Part shown: one piece after another, positions 1-12,779 of the stretch | How positions within the stretch are numbered: position 1 is the first letter of the stretch | Layout: each line of letters starts with the position of its first letter | The notes under the pieces: generated by a model | What the model saw: the letters and a program-made list of their open reading frames with translations, nothing else | Told to the model about the DNA's origin: nothing | The model's database searches: none | NCBI GenBank assembly: GCA_964016885.1 | Contig: OZ024747.1 | Location: 73,160,001 to 73,224,000, forward strand | Length of the DNA: 64,000 nucleotides | Reading direction: 5' to 3' | DNA from: Eledone cirrhosa | Taxonomy: Eukaryota | Program-made: the position numbers and the translations under genes

Positions 1-629
1 TGTATGGTAACAAGGAAGCAGGCCACCGTATTAGCGTAAGATATTTAAAAGAACGTTTAGCTTTGAACAAAAAAAAAAAGAACCCCCCCCCCCACACACA
101 TATATATATACACAAATAAAAAAAAATAAAAATTAGAGATAAACTATGAAAATATTCGAATTATAAGAAAAAAGTGCTTTTATTTCTACACGTTTATTAA
201 TATTTCGAAGAATTTTTTTATAAAGAGTAGAAAAGAGTTTACAGAGGAAAACACAGTAAAAGAAAATATTGCTTTAGGTTGTGTATATGGTTAAGGTGTT
301 CAGTAAACACATATATATGTATGCAAACGTTCAAAATATATATGCATACCAACTATTGAGAGAGTTCTTTAATGTTATTGCCAAACCTATCGAATGTAAC
401 ATATTTGAAATGTAGGTTTCATGTTTTACGTGACATATTTTAGGACAAAACTTTTGAACCCTCTAAAAAACCCCATAAACTTCAAAATAAAGACAAGATC
501 GCAAAATATTCATCGAGTGGATGCTATATAATAAATCACATCTAAGGGCTACAAAACACGAGAGGCAGGATTAATACCCATAATATTATAAGCACAGCCA
601 AGTGCAAGTCTATCTATCTATCTATCTAT

Positions 630-742
630 AATTTTTTAAATTGCATTTGTGATAATATTTTACACGTTTTTATTGTATGTAAACTTCCCCCTTTGTATTT
701 GTCCCCTTCTTTTGTGCCCCTGTGGCTAATAAAGAAACATAT
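630..742 (+). mobile_element. Very short 3'-end fragment of Tx1-clade LINE in (CTAT)n
   Basis: tgtaaacttccccc...gtatttgtccccttcttttgtgccc...aataaa matches the 3' UTR of the element at 58420-58487; preceded by (CTAT)n at 609-628 and followed by tatctatc. Confidence 0.8.
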
Positions 743-751
743 TTATCTATC

Positions 752-821
<70 letters not shown>

Positions 822-974
822 TCTCTCTTTCTATATATATATATATATGTGTGTATATAAAGGGTGGTGGAAGCATTTCTGAATTGGAGTGGTGGTGCAT
901 GGGCCACTTCCCAACCCCCCTCAGTCCCCCCTCTCTCCCTCTCTATATATATATACATACATACATAATATATA

Positions 975-1145
975 AGAACAAAAGATGGTTAAAGGAGTTC
1001 CATGTATTTTATTATGCGCATTTCAAAAACAAATATCATCATGCAATAATATTTGTGTTTTCATCAGATAAACAGGAGGACATGATATGAAGGGTAAAAA
1101 ACATTTGTGGATAGTTCAGTTTTAAATCAACATATCACCTCCTAC
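975..1145 (-). mobile_element. PLE-like terminal fragment with hammerhead motif (family H1, copy 1)
   Basis: Close match to 30331-30620; bounded by TA/TACA repeats; contains the hammerhead motif at 1008-1072. Confidence 0.7.
1008..1072 (-). ncRNA. Type I hammerhead ribozyme motif
   Basis: Minus strand: TTTAT-CTGATGA-stem II (acaaatat/atatttgt)-GAAA-TGCGC-ATA-ATAAA; stem I TTTAT/ATAAA, palindromic stem III ATGCGCAT, AUA cleavage triplet. Confidence 0.75.
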
Positions 1146-1146
1146 A

Positions 1147-1234
<88 letters not shown>

Positions 1235-1236
<2 letters not shown>

Positions 1237-1425
1237 CAAAGGAAATGTGGTAAGGAACCAGGTGGACCATAACGGACCAAAGTACTCAATACTTAGGGTA
1301 GTAGAGTGGGTAATAAGAACGAGTAGGACCCCGACGGCTGAGCTCAAGCCGTTTCGACGGCTAATTCTGGACAGAATTAGCCGTCGAAACGGCTTGAGCT
1401 CAGCCGTCGGGGTCCTACTCGTTCC
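1235..1425. mobile_element. Fold-back PLE-like element in (TA)n with hammerhead 3' half (family H2)
   Basis: Perfect 53-bp arms 1317-1369 / 1372-1424; one-sided tail 1235-1316; each arm reads GAAACGGC-ttgagctca-GCCGTC (stem III plus GUC); TA tracts on both sides. Confidence 0.7.
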
Positions 1426-1489
1426 TATATATATAATGTAAAAAAAAAAATGCCCTTTACCATTTCTTAAGGGGTTGATATATCGAGCT

Positions 1490-2030
1490 TCTTCGTATTT
1501 GGTCTTGGTTGTCCATCGTAAACGATGATGACATCTTCTTTGTTGTTCCCGTCTGCCGTGGGTGCGAAGGTGGCTGTGGAGGCCGATCCTTGACTTGCAG
1601 GTCCGGCACCTGTTACCTCCGCCTCTCGCCCATCACCGCAGGGCTTTGGGAGTGCACGCTAAAGAAGAAACCTGCGCGGGAAAGGTTTATAGTGGCAGGG
1701 CCAGTGCACAGTGACGGTCCCACACACTCGGCCGCAAAAGCCAGAATCCGGTGGTACGGAGGTCCGTCACGACCAAGGACTTCCTTGGCTGCAGTGGATA
1801 GCCACGACGTCTGTAGTGCCTTGCTGTGCCCTAGCGCTCCACACCGCTTGCTGTCGCCGCCTTCGTGACCGTTGGGACGATGTTGTCCTCCTCCACTCAA
1901 TCCGCATGCAGGGGTAGGCACCCCCTATCTAACTCACCGAGATGTTTCAGACCCGTCCGGCTACCCTCAACCTGGTTCGCCCGCCAGCCAAGGCGGTTTA
2001 CCGGGGTGTGGCTACTGTCGCATGCTATTT
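1490..2030 (-). mobile_element. Non-autonomous RTE-clade derivative (5' UTR-like region joined to ORF C-terminus and 3' end)
   Basis: Minus strand 1558-1611 encodes RCRTCKSRIGLHSHLRTH, resembling the terminal zinc finger of RTE ORFs; followed by a short hairpin (catcgtttacgatg) and aaga-type end; the rest is GC-rich and non-coding, with no EN or RT. Confidence 0.65.
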
Positions 2031-2068
2031 GGTAATAAACTGCTATTATACCAAATTTATCCATCTCC

Positions 2069-2096
<28 letters not shown>

Positions 2097-2099
<3 letters not shown>

Positions 2100-2562
2100 C
2101 AAAATGAAAATCCGAAGGCAAGGTAAAATTCCAATCATTTAATCACGACACATGTTTCAATAAGAGATAGATCGATTGTGAAGTCATGATCGATTATCAC
2201 TGATCTCATCAGGTGAAAATGAATTGTCTTCAAATTCTTGATATGAAGGAGAAAAAATAACGATGTTCTCCCTCATATCAAGAATTTGAAGACAATTCGT
2301 TTTCACCTGATGAGATCAGTGATAATCGATCATGACTTCACAATCGATCTATCTCTTATTGAAACATGCGTCGTGATTAAATGATTGGAATTTTACCTTT
2401 CCTTCGGATTTTCATTTTGATACTTATACTCCGTTTTACATCTTCTAGCTGTTCCCTCGAATGGAATTGGAGATATACAAAAGCGTGGAGAACATAATAT
2501 TGCTAACATAAGTTATTGGATCATTTTACACAACTAATAATGCACCTTACTATATAACAACT
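2097..2562. mobile_element. Fold-back PLE-like element in (TA)n with two hammerhead copies (family H3)
   Basis: Arms 2097-2253 / 2266-2422 with a few mismatches; tail 2423-2562; TA tracts on both sides. Confidence 0.75.
2303..2376 (+). ncRNA. Type I hammerhead ribozyme motif (mirror copy on minus strand at about 2143-2216)
   Basis: TCAC-CTGATGA(2307-2313)-long imperfect stem II-GAAA(2361)-CATGC-GTC(2370-2372)-GTGA; stem I TCAC/GTGA; the mirror copy has palindromic ACATGT in stem III. Confidence 0.65.
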
Positions 2563-2638
2563 ATATATATATATATATATATATATATGAATGAAAGGTA
2601 TAGAAAGTATTGTAGCAAGAAGCCAACAGAATTCCATA

Positions 2639-2732
<94 letters not shown>

Positions 2733-2734
2733 AT

Positions 2735-2790
<56 letters not shown>

Positions 2791-3805
2791 GTCAAGCAAA
2801 GACCGAGAAAACTGGGCGCCCGACACGCCGAGTGTGCCCAGGCGCTCACGGCTCTCTGGCAGGCGGACCCGGATGTCAGTGGAGAATCCACCTCGTCATT
2901 CTATAGAGGGCTGGTGGTTAGCAGGTGCGACGACGCCCTCGGAGAAGCCCTAGGCATGGAGGAAAACGAACTGGCCAACCTGTTCGGTAGGACATTCAGC
3001 CCGGGACCTATGAATAACTTCCAGAGGTCCCTGGCCTGGCAGTGCTACCAAGGGGCTCTGCCCGTTCGAGAAAGGCTCTACAGACACGGGCGCCCGGGTA
3101 GGGACCCCTTGAAAATGATCTGTCCCAGATGCGTGTGCGACGAGGAAACCGTTGCACACGCATTGGTACACTACTCGGGCATTGCCGATCTGTGGGGCTA
3201 TGTCGAACGACTGCTGTCACGGGTTGGACCGATCCGGTTGACCACCGAGTCTATTGTAACGATCAAGCCGCCTCCCCTCTTCAAAAACGAAGGAGAGGCG
3301 GTGTTTCTGTGCGTAATAGCCATGGTGAAAGTGGTTGTATGGTTGACGCGTCTGATAGGACTGAGGTCAAGCACCTTTCTCTCTGGCAAACAACTGGTCC
3401 GTTTCTTCCGATATCATTTCGGAAGAAGGATCAGGATGGCGAGAGAGGTGCTGCACCCCAGCCGTTTTTATGAAAGATGGGTGAAAGTGGCGAGAATGGC
3501 CCGTGTGAATGGGCCTTCACTCTACATCAGACTGTAGGTGAGAAAGATGAAAGACCAAGGGAGCACTCTCTCTCTGTGCTCCTGAGGAGAAGGGTTGCAC
3601 ACTTTTTTCGGGGGTGTGTGTGACCCCCAAGGCGCCTCCTCTCTATTGAGGATTTTGTTATTCAATTTATTTTTGTTATATTTTATATTTTATATTTTTA
3701 TATTTTGTTATTGCCTCCTCCTTAGTGGGGACACCTTTTTATGTACACTCCCCCCATTGTACTTGTCCCACTCTTTGATGCCCTGGTGGCAAATAAAAAG
3801 AAAGT
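2791..3805 (+). mobile_element. 5'-truncated Tx1-clade LINE in (CTAT)n
   Basis: Homologous to 57510-58487; encodes the ORF2 C-terminus (2914-3537, CPRC..EETVAH zinc-finger region), then 3' UTR and AATAAA; flanked on both sides by (CTAT)n. Confidence 0.92.
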
Positions 3806-3890
3806 TATCTATCTATCTATCTATCACTACCCACACTTATCAAATGCTTATCTTTCGACAATATCATTTCCATATTGGACAGATAGACTA

Positions 3891-4192
3891 AATAATTGTT
3901 TCTACTTTTTGGCACAAGACTAGCAATTACCCAGTGCATTACTGGTACTTTATTTTATCGACCCCGTAAGGATGAAAGGCAAAGTTAACCTCGGCGGGAT
4001 TTGAACTCAGAATGGCAAGGGCCGTAACTCTATGCGTCAAAGCATGGCGTCCGACCCTCTACCAATACTGCCAATCCAGACTAAATAATTGTTTCTACTT
4101 TAGGCACAAGGCCAGCAATTACCACAGTGCATTACTGGTACTTTATTTTATTGACCCCGTAAGGATGAAAGGCAAAGTCAACCTCGGCGGGA
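3891..4192 (-). mobile_element. Two adjacent tRNA-derived SINEs (family S1; full 3891-4077, partial 4084-4192)
   Basis: Reverse complement has A-box TGGCAGTATTGG, B-box GAGTTCAAATCC, central gcctttcatccttacggggtcgataaaataaagtaccag (resembles the Deu/Nin SINE domain) and a gtagaaacaattatt end. Confidence 0.85.
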
Positions 4193-4513
4193 TAATAATG
4201 AGAGACGATTATTAAATCTGTTCGGATGGTTCAGGTCAGGTGAGACGAGGTCATTTTCACGTCTCACTCTCTCTTTCTCTTCTTCCTGCTAAGAAAACTT
4301 GGCTTGAATCAGTGGTCACTGTAACAGCTACTACTGCCACCACAACCCCTGTCATCATTGTCATCTTCCTCCTCCTCACCACCACCACCACCACCAACAT
4401 CCTCCCCCTCCTCCTCCTCATCCTCCTCCTCATCATCATCATCATCACCATCACGTTTCGTACTTATTTTATCAATTTTAGAACTGTTAAGTTGCGAGAC
4501 GGAAACACAGAAT

Positions 4514-4668
<155 letters not shown>

Positions 4669-4735
4669 ATTCTCCCTTTTCTCACTCTCTATCTTTCTCT
4701 TCAATTTCTCATTATATTTTCACGATACATTGGTC

Positions 4736-4842
4736 AACCAGTGGCTACAATAGAAGTCACCTGCCCGAGGTGTCATGCAGCTAGACTGAACCCAGAACTA
4801 CTGCCAAACCAACTCCTTAATCACTAAGCCATGATTGCACCT
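4736..4842 (-). mobile_element. Degenerate tRNA-derived SINE (family S2)
   Basis: Reverse complement begins ggtgcaatcatggcttagtgattaagg and has gggttcagtc (B-box-like); related degenerate copies at about 9700-9845 (+) and 21700-21850 (-). Confidence 0.5.
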
Positions 4843-5517
4843 AGGTTTCAAATATTTCGCATGAGTTACGTAGAAAATTCACTTTATTCTGACGAGTGTC
4901 CCTGTGGCCATATTGTAAGTCAGTGCACATTCAACAATGCTGTTGATTTCATAGTTACTGAAGTGTATGTATATGCCATTATATCTTCTAACTACATTTA
5001 TTCGTACATTTGGTAAATAAAGATAATTTCTAATCCGATATGTGTGTTCAGTGAAATACTGAGGAGTTAGCTTGTAGTTTTACCTGTTATTATATCTAGC
5101 ATCTGTAATTATTTCCATACATATGATATCTTGAGTCCACTGAACTCTGTCAGTATGACATATGAATATGTTTCCTCAGGTCTTACTTAATATCTTATAC
5201 TTCTTATGTAGTATCTAACCTATTGTGTTAGCAACACTTGTTGCAACACATGTGATGAGATAGTCATTTAGTAAATGTATTATTAGAGTATATGTTGTTA
5301 TAGTTACCTACATGTATATCTAATTAGCGGACACTGCAGTAGTAGGAGTATTATTGCTACAAGTCTCAGACTTATCTAAATATTTCAATTCGTGTAACTT
5401 AATTTTAACGGTTTATTCTCTAAGAATTATATTTATAATTAGTAAAGATTTTAGTAAATGAAGCTATTGTTGTGACATTCCAAGATAGTTAATAACAGAC
5501 ACTATTAGTCCATTAGC

Positions 5518-5698
5518 GGTGAATTGGCAGTATCGGGAGAGGGCCGGACACCATGTTTTCCTGCATAGTTACGTCCCTTTACGGTCTGAGTTCAAATCCC
5601 GTCGAGGTTAACTTTGCCTTTCATCCTTACGAAGTCGATAAAATTAAGTACTAGTAATGTACTGGGTAATTGCTGGCCTTGTGCCAAAAGTAGAAACA
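5518..5698 (+). mobile_element. tRNA-derived SINE S1 with 17-bp target-site duplication
   Basis: A-box TGGCAGTATCGG and B-box GAGTTCAAATCC; actattagtccattagc at 5501-5517 and 5699-5715. Confidence 0.9.
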
Positions 5699-5899
5699 AC
5701 TATTAGTCCATTAGCAATTGTCTATTATTAATGTCTGGTTGTTTATGAGACACTACAATATCAACGTTATGAAATAAACTACCAGTCTATTCTCTTTTCC
5801 ACATATCATTTTTATCATTAGTAAATATATGTAATATTTCTTGATGTATCGAGTTACTATCTAGACATCATGTTACTATTTGTTTATTTTGTATTGGAA

Positions 5900-6000
5900 A
5901 GACAGCAGCCCGGTTGAGTATGGACTCCCATGAGGTGGGGGTGGCTATTGGTGTCTCTGACCATTCTCCACGCTTTTACCATTTTGTTGGCCGGGGGTGG
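5900..6000 (-). repeat. Dispersed repeat, related copy at about 49975-50090 (+)
   Basis: Shared caaaatggtaaa...aatgg(t/c)cag.gacac...agccaccccacctc..ggg segments in opposite orientation. Confidence 0.55.
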
Positions 6001-6850
6001 GAGTGGGGTGAGCTGAAGCACCGCCCAGATTGGAGCATATAGATGTATATATATATATATATATATATGAATAGAAGACACTAAAATATTGCAACCACAT
6101 GCCTACACAGGATATTCTCAACTACACAGGCACACTTGTATGTATGGCAATTACTAACGCACCCACTGACTGCTGGAAAGAATACTTTTCCAATGAGAAG
6201 AGATACTATAATATCCACTGCCGTCTGTGTTATATGGATGTATAAGATTACGGTATTGATTGAGACATTACATAAACCTATTTAATAAAAGATACAAGAA
6301 CTGCACTTAGTTATTATCTTCCCCGATGAAAATCGTGTAGATATGCATGAACATATCCATCAATTAACCATTGAAGTCATATGGCGAATATATTTTCCAG
6401 TCAGACGATACATCAATGGTGTTTATTTAGCACGCTGTGTATTGAAGATACAATTACTTTTAACTGTAGAAAAGGTGGTTCCTTTATTAAAATGACATCG
6501 ACATAACTAACTCGTAACTATAGCTCAGTTAAAAGACACGGTGTGCAGTATCAAGTAAGAAACTTAAAAGAATGGAGTTATGCAATGAAAATCTGTTCAT
6601 ATTTGCATTATCATACAATGAACGAAATATGAGTAATGTCAACATCTTATTAACAAACTCCAGAATTAACTGGATTTTCTTCGAAGAATAGATAGATTTT
6701 GCGATTTGATCTGCTTCTCGACACAAGCAACATTAATATTTCAGGAAATACATCATCATAACAATATTTTCTTCTCTTCCAGCTCAAACTATATGATATT
6801 TGTGGCATGTAAACCCACATATTATATAAGTTATTGATAACGGTTAATGG

Positions 6851-7700
6851 TTACCATAGTGAGTGTATTAGTCTTGATGGCCCTATGCAGTTGGTCCAGG
6901 TCCACACTGGAGTATTAGGGAAATCTAGTTGGTTCCTGTCACACAGTTGCAACAGGCTGATCAGATACTTGAGGCTTTTGTAACCCCTGGTCCTATTAGC
7001 TACTCTAACACAATTCCAGCGTGTGTCTAAGATGCCTTTCCAGTCCCCAGCTAATACTAAAGGGTGAGACGTTCCTAGAAAGGCTTCAAGGCGCCTAACG
7101 AAATCCGGCTGTCCCGCCCCGGTCGGGTCGTAGACGGCCACCAGACCAATGCTGTTGCTCACGTCGAAGACCACCAACTTACCGTCCGGGTGCAGGAAGA
7201 TCAACCTTACCTCGAGATCCAGGCCTTTCCTAAACAGAACTGACACCTCACCTATCATTCCTGGTCGGGATTTTTCTAAGGTCCTCAGGCCTGATTTGGT
7301 GTTGTTGTTATTGTTGTGCTGGTTGTGTCGTTATTCTCATTTTTGTTGTTGTTGTTGGTGTTTTCGTCGTTAATGTTGTTACTGGTGTTGTTGTTGATGT
7401 CATTATTTCATTAACTTGTTACGTTCTTGTTGTTGTTAATGTTTATATTGTTCACGTTGTTGCTGGTGGTGTTGCTAGTATCGTTGTTTGTGTTGTTGTT
7501 GTCTGTTGTGCTGGTAGTAGTCACATCATAATGGTGGTGGTAATGTGGATGGTGTCTTTCCCTTCACAGTTTAAGACTCTGTCTATATATTCTTTTCGAA
7601 GAACAATGTTTTACAGAAAGTAAAGTTCAAATATTTGGGCCCAAGATCCAAATATGTGGTTTCCTTTGCACAAGGCGAAGTTGGTTGTCGCATTTTGAGA
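6851..7700 (-). pseudogene. Degenerate Tx1-clade relic (ORF2 APE endonuclease fragment plus probable ORF1 remnant)
   Basis: ORF 6851-7258 (LEAFLGTSHPLVLAGDW..ILD.RW..PVWTWTN) aligns with the EN domain of 60755-61500; the adjacent CAA-rich region resembles the ORF1 low-complexity part. Confidence 0.8.
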
Positions 7701-7781
7701 AAAACAATTACAGCAAAATACAAAATATACAAACTTAACGGAGCTCCGAATTGCACGTCTTGTCAGACCAAACAACTAAGA

Positions 7782-7843
7782 TAATAATTGTTTCTACTTT
7801 TTGGCACAAGGCCAGCAATTACCCAGTACATTACTGGTACTTT
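7782..7843 (-). mobile_element. SINE S1 3' fragment
   Basis: aattgtttctactttttggcacaaggccagcaattacccagtacattactggtacttt. Confidence 0.8.
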
Positions 7844-8919
7844 ATAAGATAATAATATTGAAGGTAAAGGACAAGGATAATAATAATATTAAAGGTAAAG
7901 GAAAAACAATTAAAAAAAAAATAATAATAATAAAATATTTTCTTTCTTATATCTTTTCATAATCAGTTTCAGTATCGAATTCCTTATTGCATGTACAGAT
8001 CCATGTATTATTTATTTATCGACCTATTGATAGCCCATGCAGTTTCATATTTACACATATTTCAAGTAGAGTGTCTAAATATTAATAACTCTGTTAATGT
8101 ATAAACTTTCCTGTGTCTTTTATCAAAGGACTGAGTGATAAATTTATATCTCCCAAAGGTTCAAATTTAATGTCAAATTCTGATATGGAGAATATATTTT
8201 CACACTCCAAGTCATTCTGTGATAAATCGTAAAGCAATTTATATTTGGCAATAAATACTGACATTTACTAAATTAGTAGCAGCAGTTTGGTCTTTCTTGG
8301 AGTTTTATATGGGTACACGAGTTGACTGTATTTCACAGAGTAAAAATATGTTGAATTTGTAGTTTTGAGTGTATCTGACAGTTAAATGCTGCTTGGTAAG
8401 TCATGTGCTTTATATATAACTTCACAACCCATCAAAGCGCTCACATTAATTGAAAGACAATATCAATAATGGAAGATGACAATGCAGTTAAATGCTTTCT
8501 CCAAAGTGCTTCGACAATATTAAAAGCAATTCCAAACAGATTCGTGGCAGAAATTTGTTCCAACGAAACAGGAAAATTTTGCAATTTCGTTTACCGGGAG
8601 GTAGTTTCAGAAATGTTTTTGTTTTATTCAGAATATATTTTTAACATAATTTTATAATTATTTCCGAATACAAAAATAAGAAATAATTTTATATGCAGTG
8701 AAGGCAATACACTAATAAATAAATAAATAAATATATAAATTCAAACTAATGTAATTATTGTTTTTTTAAGACTTCACAGAAAGTAAGGTAAACAAAGGCA
8801 GCTAATGTGAAATGAATTAAATTCAAAGTGAAAAATTAGTTTTAAAAGTTGACTTTGAAATGTTATACTCTTTACGTATTTGGGAATGAAAACAGATTAT
8901 ATACATTTCTAGAAATGTA

Positions 8920-9068
8920 TGCTTTCCAGCATAGTTACGTCCCTTTACGGTCTGAGTTCAAATCCCGCCGAGGTTAACTTTGCCTTTCATCCTTACGGGG
9001 TCGATAAAATAAAGTACCAGTAATGTACTGGGTAATTGCTGGCCTTGTGCCTAAAGTAGAAACAATTA
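8920..9068 (+). mobile_element. SINE S1, 5'-truncated
   Basis: B-box GAGTTCAAATCC, central domain and gtagaaacaatta end, matching 5518-5698. Confidence 0.85.
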
Positions 9069-9169
9069 TATTATCCCCTGGAAGATATATTGAGTTATTT
9101 CAAAAACGAAACTTATTCGGTAACGGATCACAGTGCAATGTCTATATTCTCTTCTTTTTAACAATCTCG

Positions 9170-9469
9170 TTACTCCCAAGGGGGGGGGGGGGACGTATTA
9201 CGGCATTTGTAGGGCATCTTAAAACCTGGTGGAGTCCATCCCCTCTTCAGGTCTGAATACTTCTAGAGAAGGATAGAAAGAGAAGAGAGTGTGAGAGAAT
9301 GGAAGCGAGAAAGAAATATATAGGAATAATCGATCACTGTACTTGATTGGTACTTTTTTTAATCGATCTTGACTGGATGGAAGGCAAAGGTGAACTCAGC
9401 GGGATAGAGAGCCGAAACAAATACCGCAAAGTATTCTAGCGACTCTTTGGTTTCGATTCTTATTTTATA

Positions 9470-9550
<81 letters not shown>

Positions 9551-9680
9551 CTCTCTATCTCTCTCTATCCTTCTCTGGTAGAAGATCTACTGTATTCAGG
9601 CCTGGAGAGGAGATGAGCTTCCACAGGTTTAGAAAATGCCTAGAAATGCAGCGCCCGTACGACTTCCCCAGGAGAAGAAA
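9170..9680. mobile_element. Older S1-related SINE (minus, about 9170-9445) plus an inverted second tail (about 9565-9680) across (CT)n
   Basis: Same layout as 22030-22341 (tRNA/central head, GA-rich linker, ccaggcctgaatac tail); the tail is repeated in the opposite orientation. Confidence 0.5.
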
Positions 9681-10117
9681 ACCTTTTCGTCTATCTAAGG
9701 CGCTGGCATAGCTGAGCAGTTAAGAATGTTTTGAAACCATATGTTTCCAGTTTCGATCCCACTACTCTGCACTTGGGGAAAATGTCTTCTATTGGGTTGA
9801 TAAATGCCTTTAAGTTGACAGAAACTGTGCAGAAGTCTGTAGTCTATATATATAGTTATATGGGTTAGTATTTATGTGTTTGACACAATACCGTCGGTTA
9901 AGATAGGTAGCTTAGCCACTTGGTAAATATATAGTGAGGCAATAGGTTATCAATCACAAATAAGTACTGGAATAACTATGTTTGTCTTAACTCTTGAAGT
10001 CAGTGGCTTAGAATGACCACAATCAACTGACTGAAACCAACCACATGAAGAATCAGTACAATTATATGTGAGTATGTGTATGTGTGTGAGTGAGTGAAAG
10101 AGAGAGAGAAAGAGAGT

Positions 10118-10203
<86 letters not shown>

Positions 10204-11330
10204 GGTAGGAATAATTGACCCCATTATTGGACCGAAAGTTTATTTATCGACATCGAAAGAATGAAAGATAAAATAGAGCACTAAGTGAAGACTCAAATTA
10301 TGGAACTAAACACTCGTTAGTAACAGAAGAACGCTTTCCATAATAAAATAAAACAAATCTAATTATAATTCCAGAAAATTTTCTGTAATAATCATAAGAA
10401 ATACAAGTGTTTACAAATCATAATTATAAAGTTCGTTTAATATTTGAGGGGTCTCCACATGAAAAACAAAACAGAAGACATCTAAATATTAAATATTTCA
10501 ATTATATAAATTTTAATAATTATTTTTACGAAAGAACTCAACATGTGAATATAATTAAATATTAAAATAAATTACCCATAGAACTACAGAAGATCGTGAA
10601 AGATGAAAAAAACAAAATACAGGAAATATAAAACATACAAAAACTACAAATACAAATTAATAGTAAAGAATTTGAAAAATATATAAATAATCAAATATAA
10701 TAGAAAGATGAAGGAGAAGAACATTTGTCACGCTTCATAACTTGAACTTTACTGGAAGATAGTACAACAGCGAAGTTATTTAATGGCTTTTATACAACGT
10801 CAATTGCTATGGACTCAATATGAAGAAAACAAATGTTAAAATTGTTGAAAATAGAAGTAAAAATACATCGAAAGACAAAGAGATATTTCTAAATAGTTTA
10901 AATATGAAATATTAATATAGTTAAATGGTATTTAAATGGTAAATTATTGCGTTTTCCTCATACCCAGGAAGGAATAACAAGCTACATATAACTTTGTTTC
11001 ACATTGTCGTGGAAAACAAGGAAACAAACAAAACAAACACAATGAAAAACATATCAAACAACATTTTATCAGAAATATTTTAGTTGCTGTTATATTCATT
11101 ACATATACTTATATCCACGTTTCATATTCCGCCACACGCACGTGAGGCATGGAACAGCTTCACTGAGGAGATCTACTAGGACAGAAAACGTCAGATGAAT
11201 TCACAAGTTGGCTTTAACGTTGTATCTTGGGTAAGGTATCTTTCTTGTTTGTTGCTTGTAGACGTTAAGGACCCATATATGATGTTTGCAGGGACATCTT
11301 CGTCGGTTGACCGAAATACTTTGAACCCTC

Positions 11331-11374
<44 letters not shown>

Positions 11375-11406
11375 CAAGGTTTATGTGCGTGTAGGAACAC
11401 ATATTC

Positions 11407-11448
<42 letters not shown>

Positions 11449-11858
11449 AGGAAAAAAATGTTGAAAATGCAATAAGCAATTGGAATGTTTAAGAAGATTT
11501 AGTTGTAATAAATAAAGTTATTGTAAGATAGTAAAGACTTCAATTGCATTTTCAACTTCTTTTCCCTATATTTGTACCCGTATATATATATAAGAAAGTA
11601 TGTTACATGCTAATATTTATTATACACATTTCTGTGATACCGGATTGGAACTCTTGTGCAATTGTTGCGACAGTGACCTGCACCACTTTCTCAGGACTTT
11701 CGCAAACATGGCCGCCTTAGCTAACAACTCATCGACCAACCAATTGTGTTAACTTCTGATGACATCATGCTCCATGCCGGGGTCACAGAAAAACGTATAA
11801 TGTATATGAATATGTAACTTCTGTCGTAACGTCTATTTCACATACACACACACACACA

Positions 11859-11916
<58 letters not shown>

Positions 11917-12012
11917 GGTATATATACATATATATATATATGTATATAATATATATATGGGTTTATATACATATATATATATATGTATATAATATATATA
12001 TATATATATATA

Positions 12013-12460
12013 TTATGAAGAGAGAAGAAACATTTAGATATAATTAGTAATAAAATGTATCATACCTAAACTGCTTCTAGATTCCTCGACTACGTAGTTT
12101 CGTGGCATAAACAAAAACAGTATATCATAAAGATATAGAGTCCTTGCGAGGTCTGCCGACTTATCAAGAGGATACCTCATTTTACTAGTCTCAAGAACGC
12201 GTCCACACGACGTGAGAAAGAATCCCAAAAGGCGGAGTTTAGGTATGATACATTTTATTACTAATTATATCTAAATGTTTCTTCTCTCTTCATAATGTAT
12301 TTTTAACTCTGATACTGGTTCAGTCTAGTTCAACTGGATTGGTCTGTCCCAGTCATTCATTGAGCAACATCGGTGAAGTTGGCACCCTTAACTCACAGTT
12401 GGGTGCGGATGCATTCATGTATATATGTGTGTGTCCGCATGTATCTGTGTGTTTCTAAAT
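12013..12460. mobile_element. PLE-like element in (TA)n with 60-bp inverted arms and hammerhead (family H4)
   Basis: Perfect inverted arms at about 12012-12072 / 12236-12296; tail to about 12460; hammerhead in the spacer. Confidence 0.75.
12083..12172 (-). ncRNA. Type I hammerhead ribozyme motif, U3-A8 core variant
   Basis: Minus strand: TCCTC-TTGATAA-GTcGGCA...TGCCAC-GAAA-CTACGTA-GTC-GAGGA; stem I TCCTC/GAGGA, palindromic stem III ACTACGTAGT, GUC site. Confidence 0.8.
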
Positions 12461-12642
12461 ATATTATATATATATATATATATATATTATATACATATAT
12501 ATGTATATATATATATATATACCCATACACATAAATCACACGTATATTTATAGATATAGATATTCATACATATATACATACCCATATATGTACACACACA
12601 TATATACCCCCCCCCCACATATATATGTACACACACATATCT

Positions 12643-12673
<31 letters not shown>

Positions 12674-12779
12674 TGCATACATACATATATATAAAAAAAA
12701 GATATACATACAAACATACACATAACAGTTGTGTGCTCATCTACTGACATTATCCAGAACTAGGAAGCGAACAGATATT

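Noticed and set aside
380-525. Possible minus-strand hammerhead (cca-CTCGATGA...GAAAccta...taggTT-tgg)
   Set aside because: The core has an extra base and stem II is not adjacent to GAAA; too degenerate to call
10480-10920. A-rich stretch with coding-like fragments (LPIELQKIVKDEKNKIQEI)
   Set aside because: Multiple stops and no recognisable domain; could be a decayed element but cannot be supported
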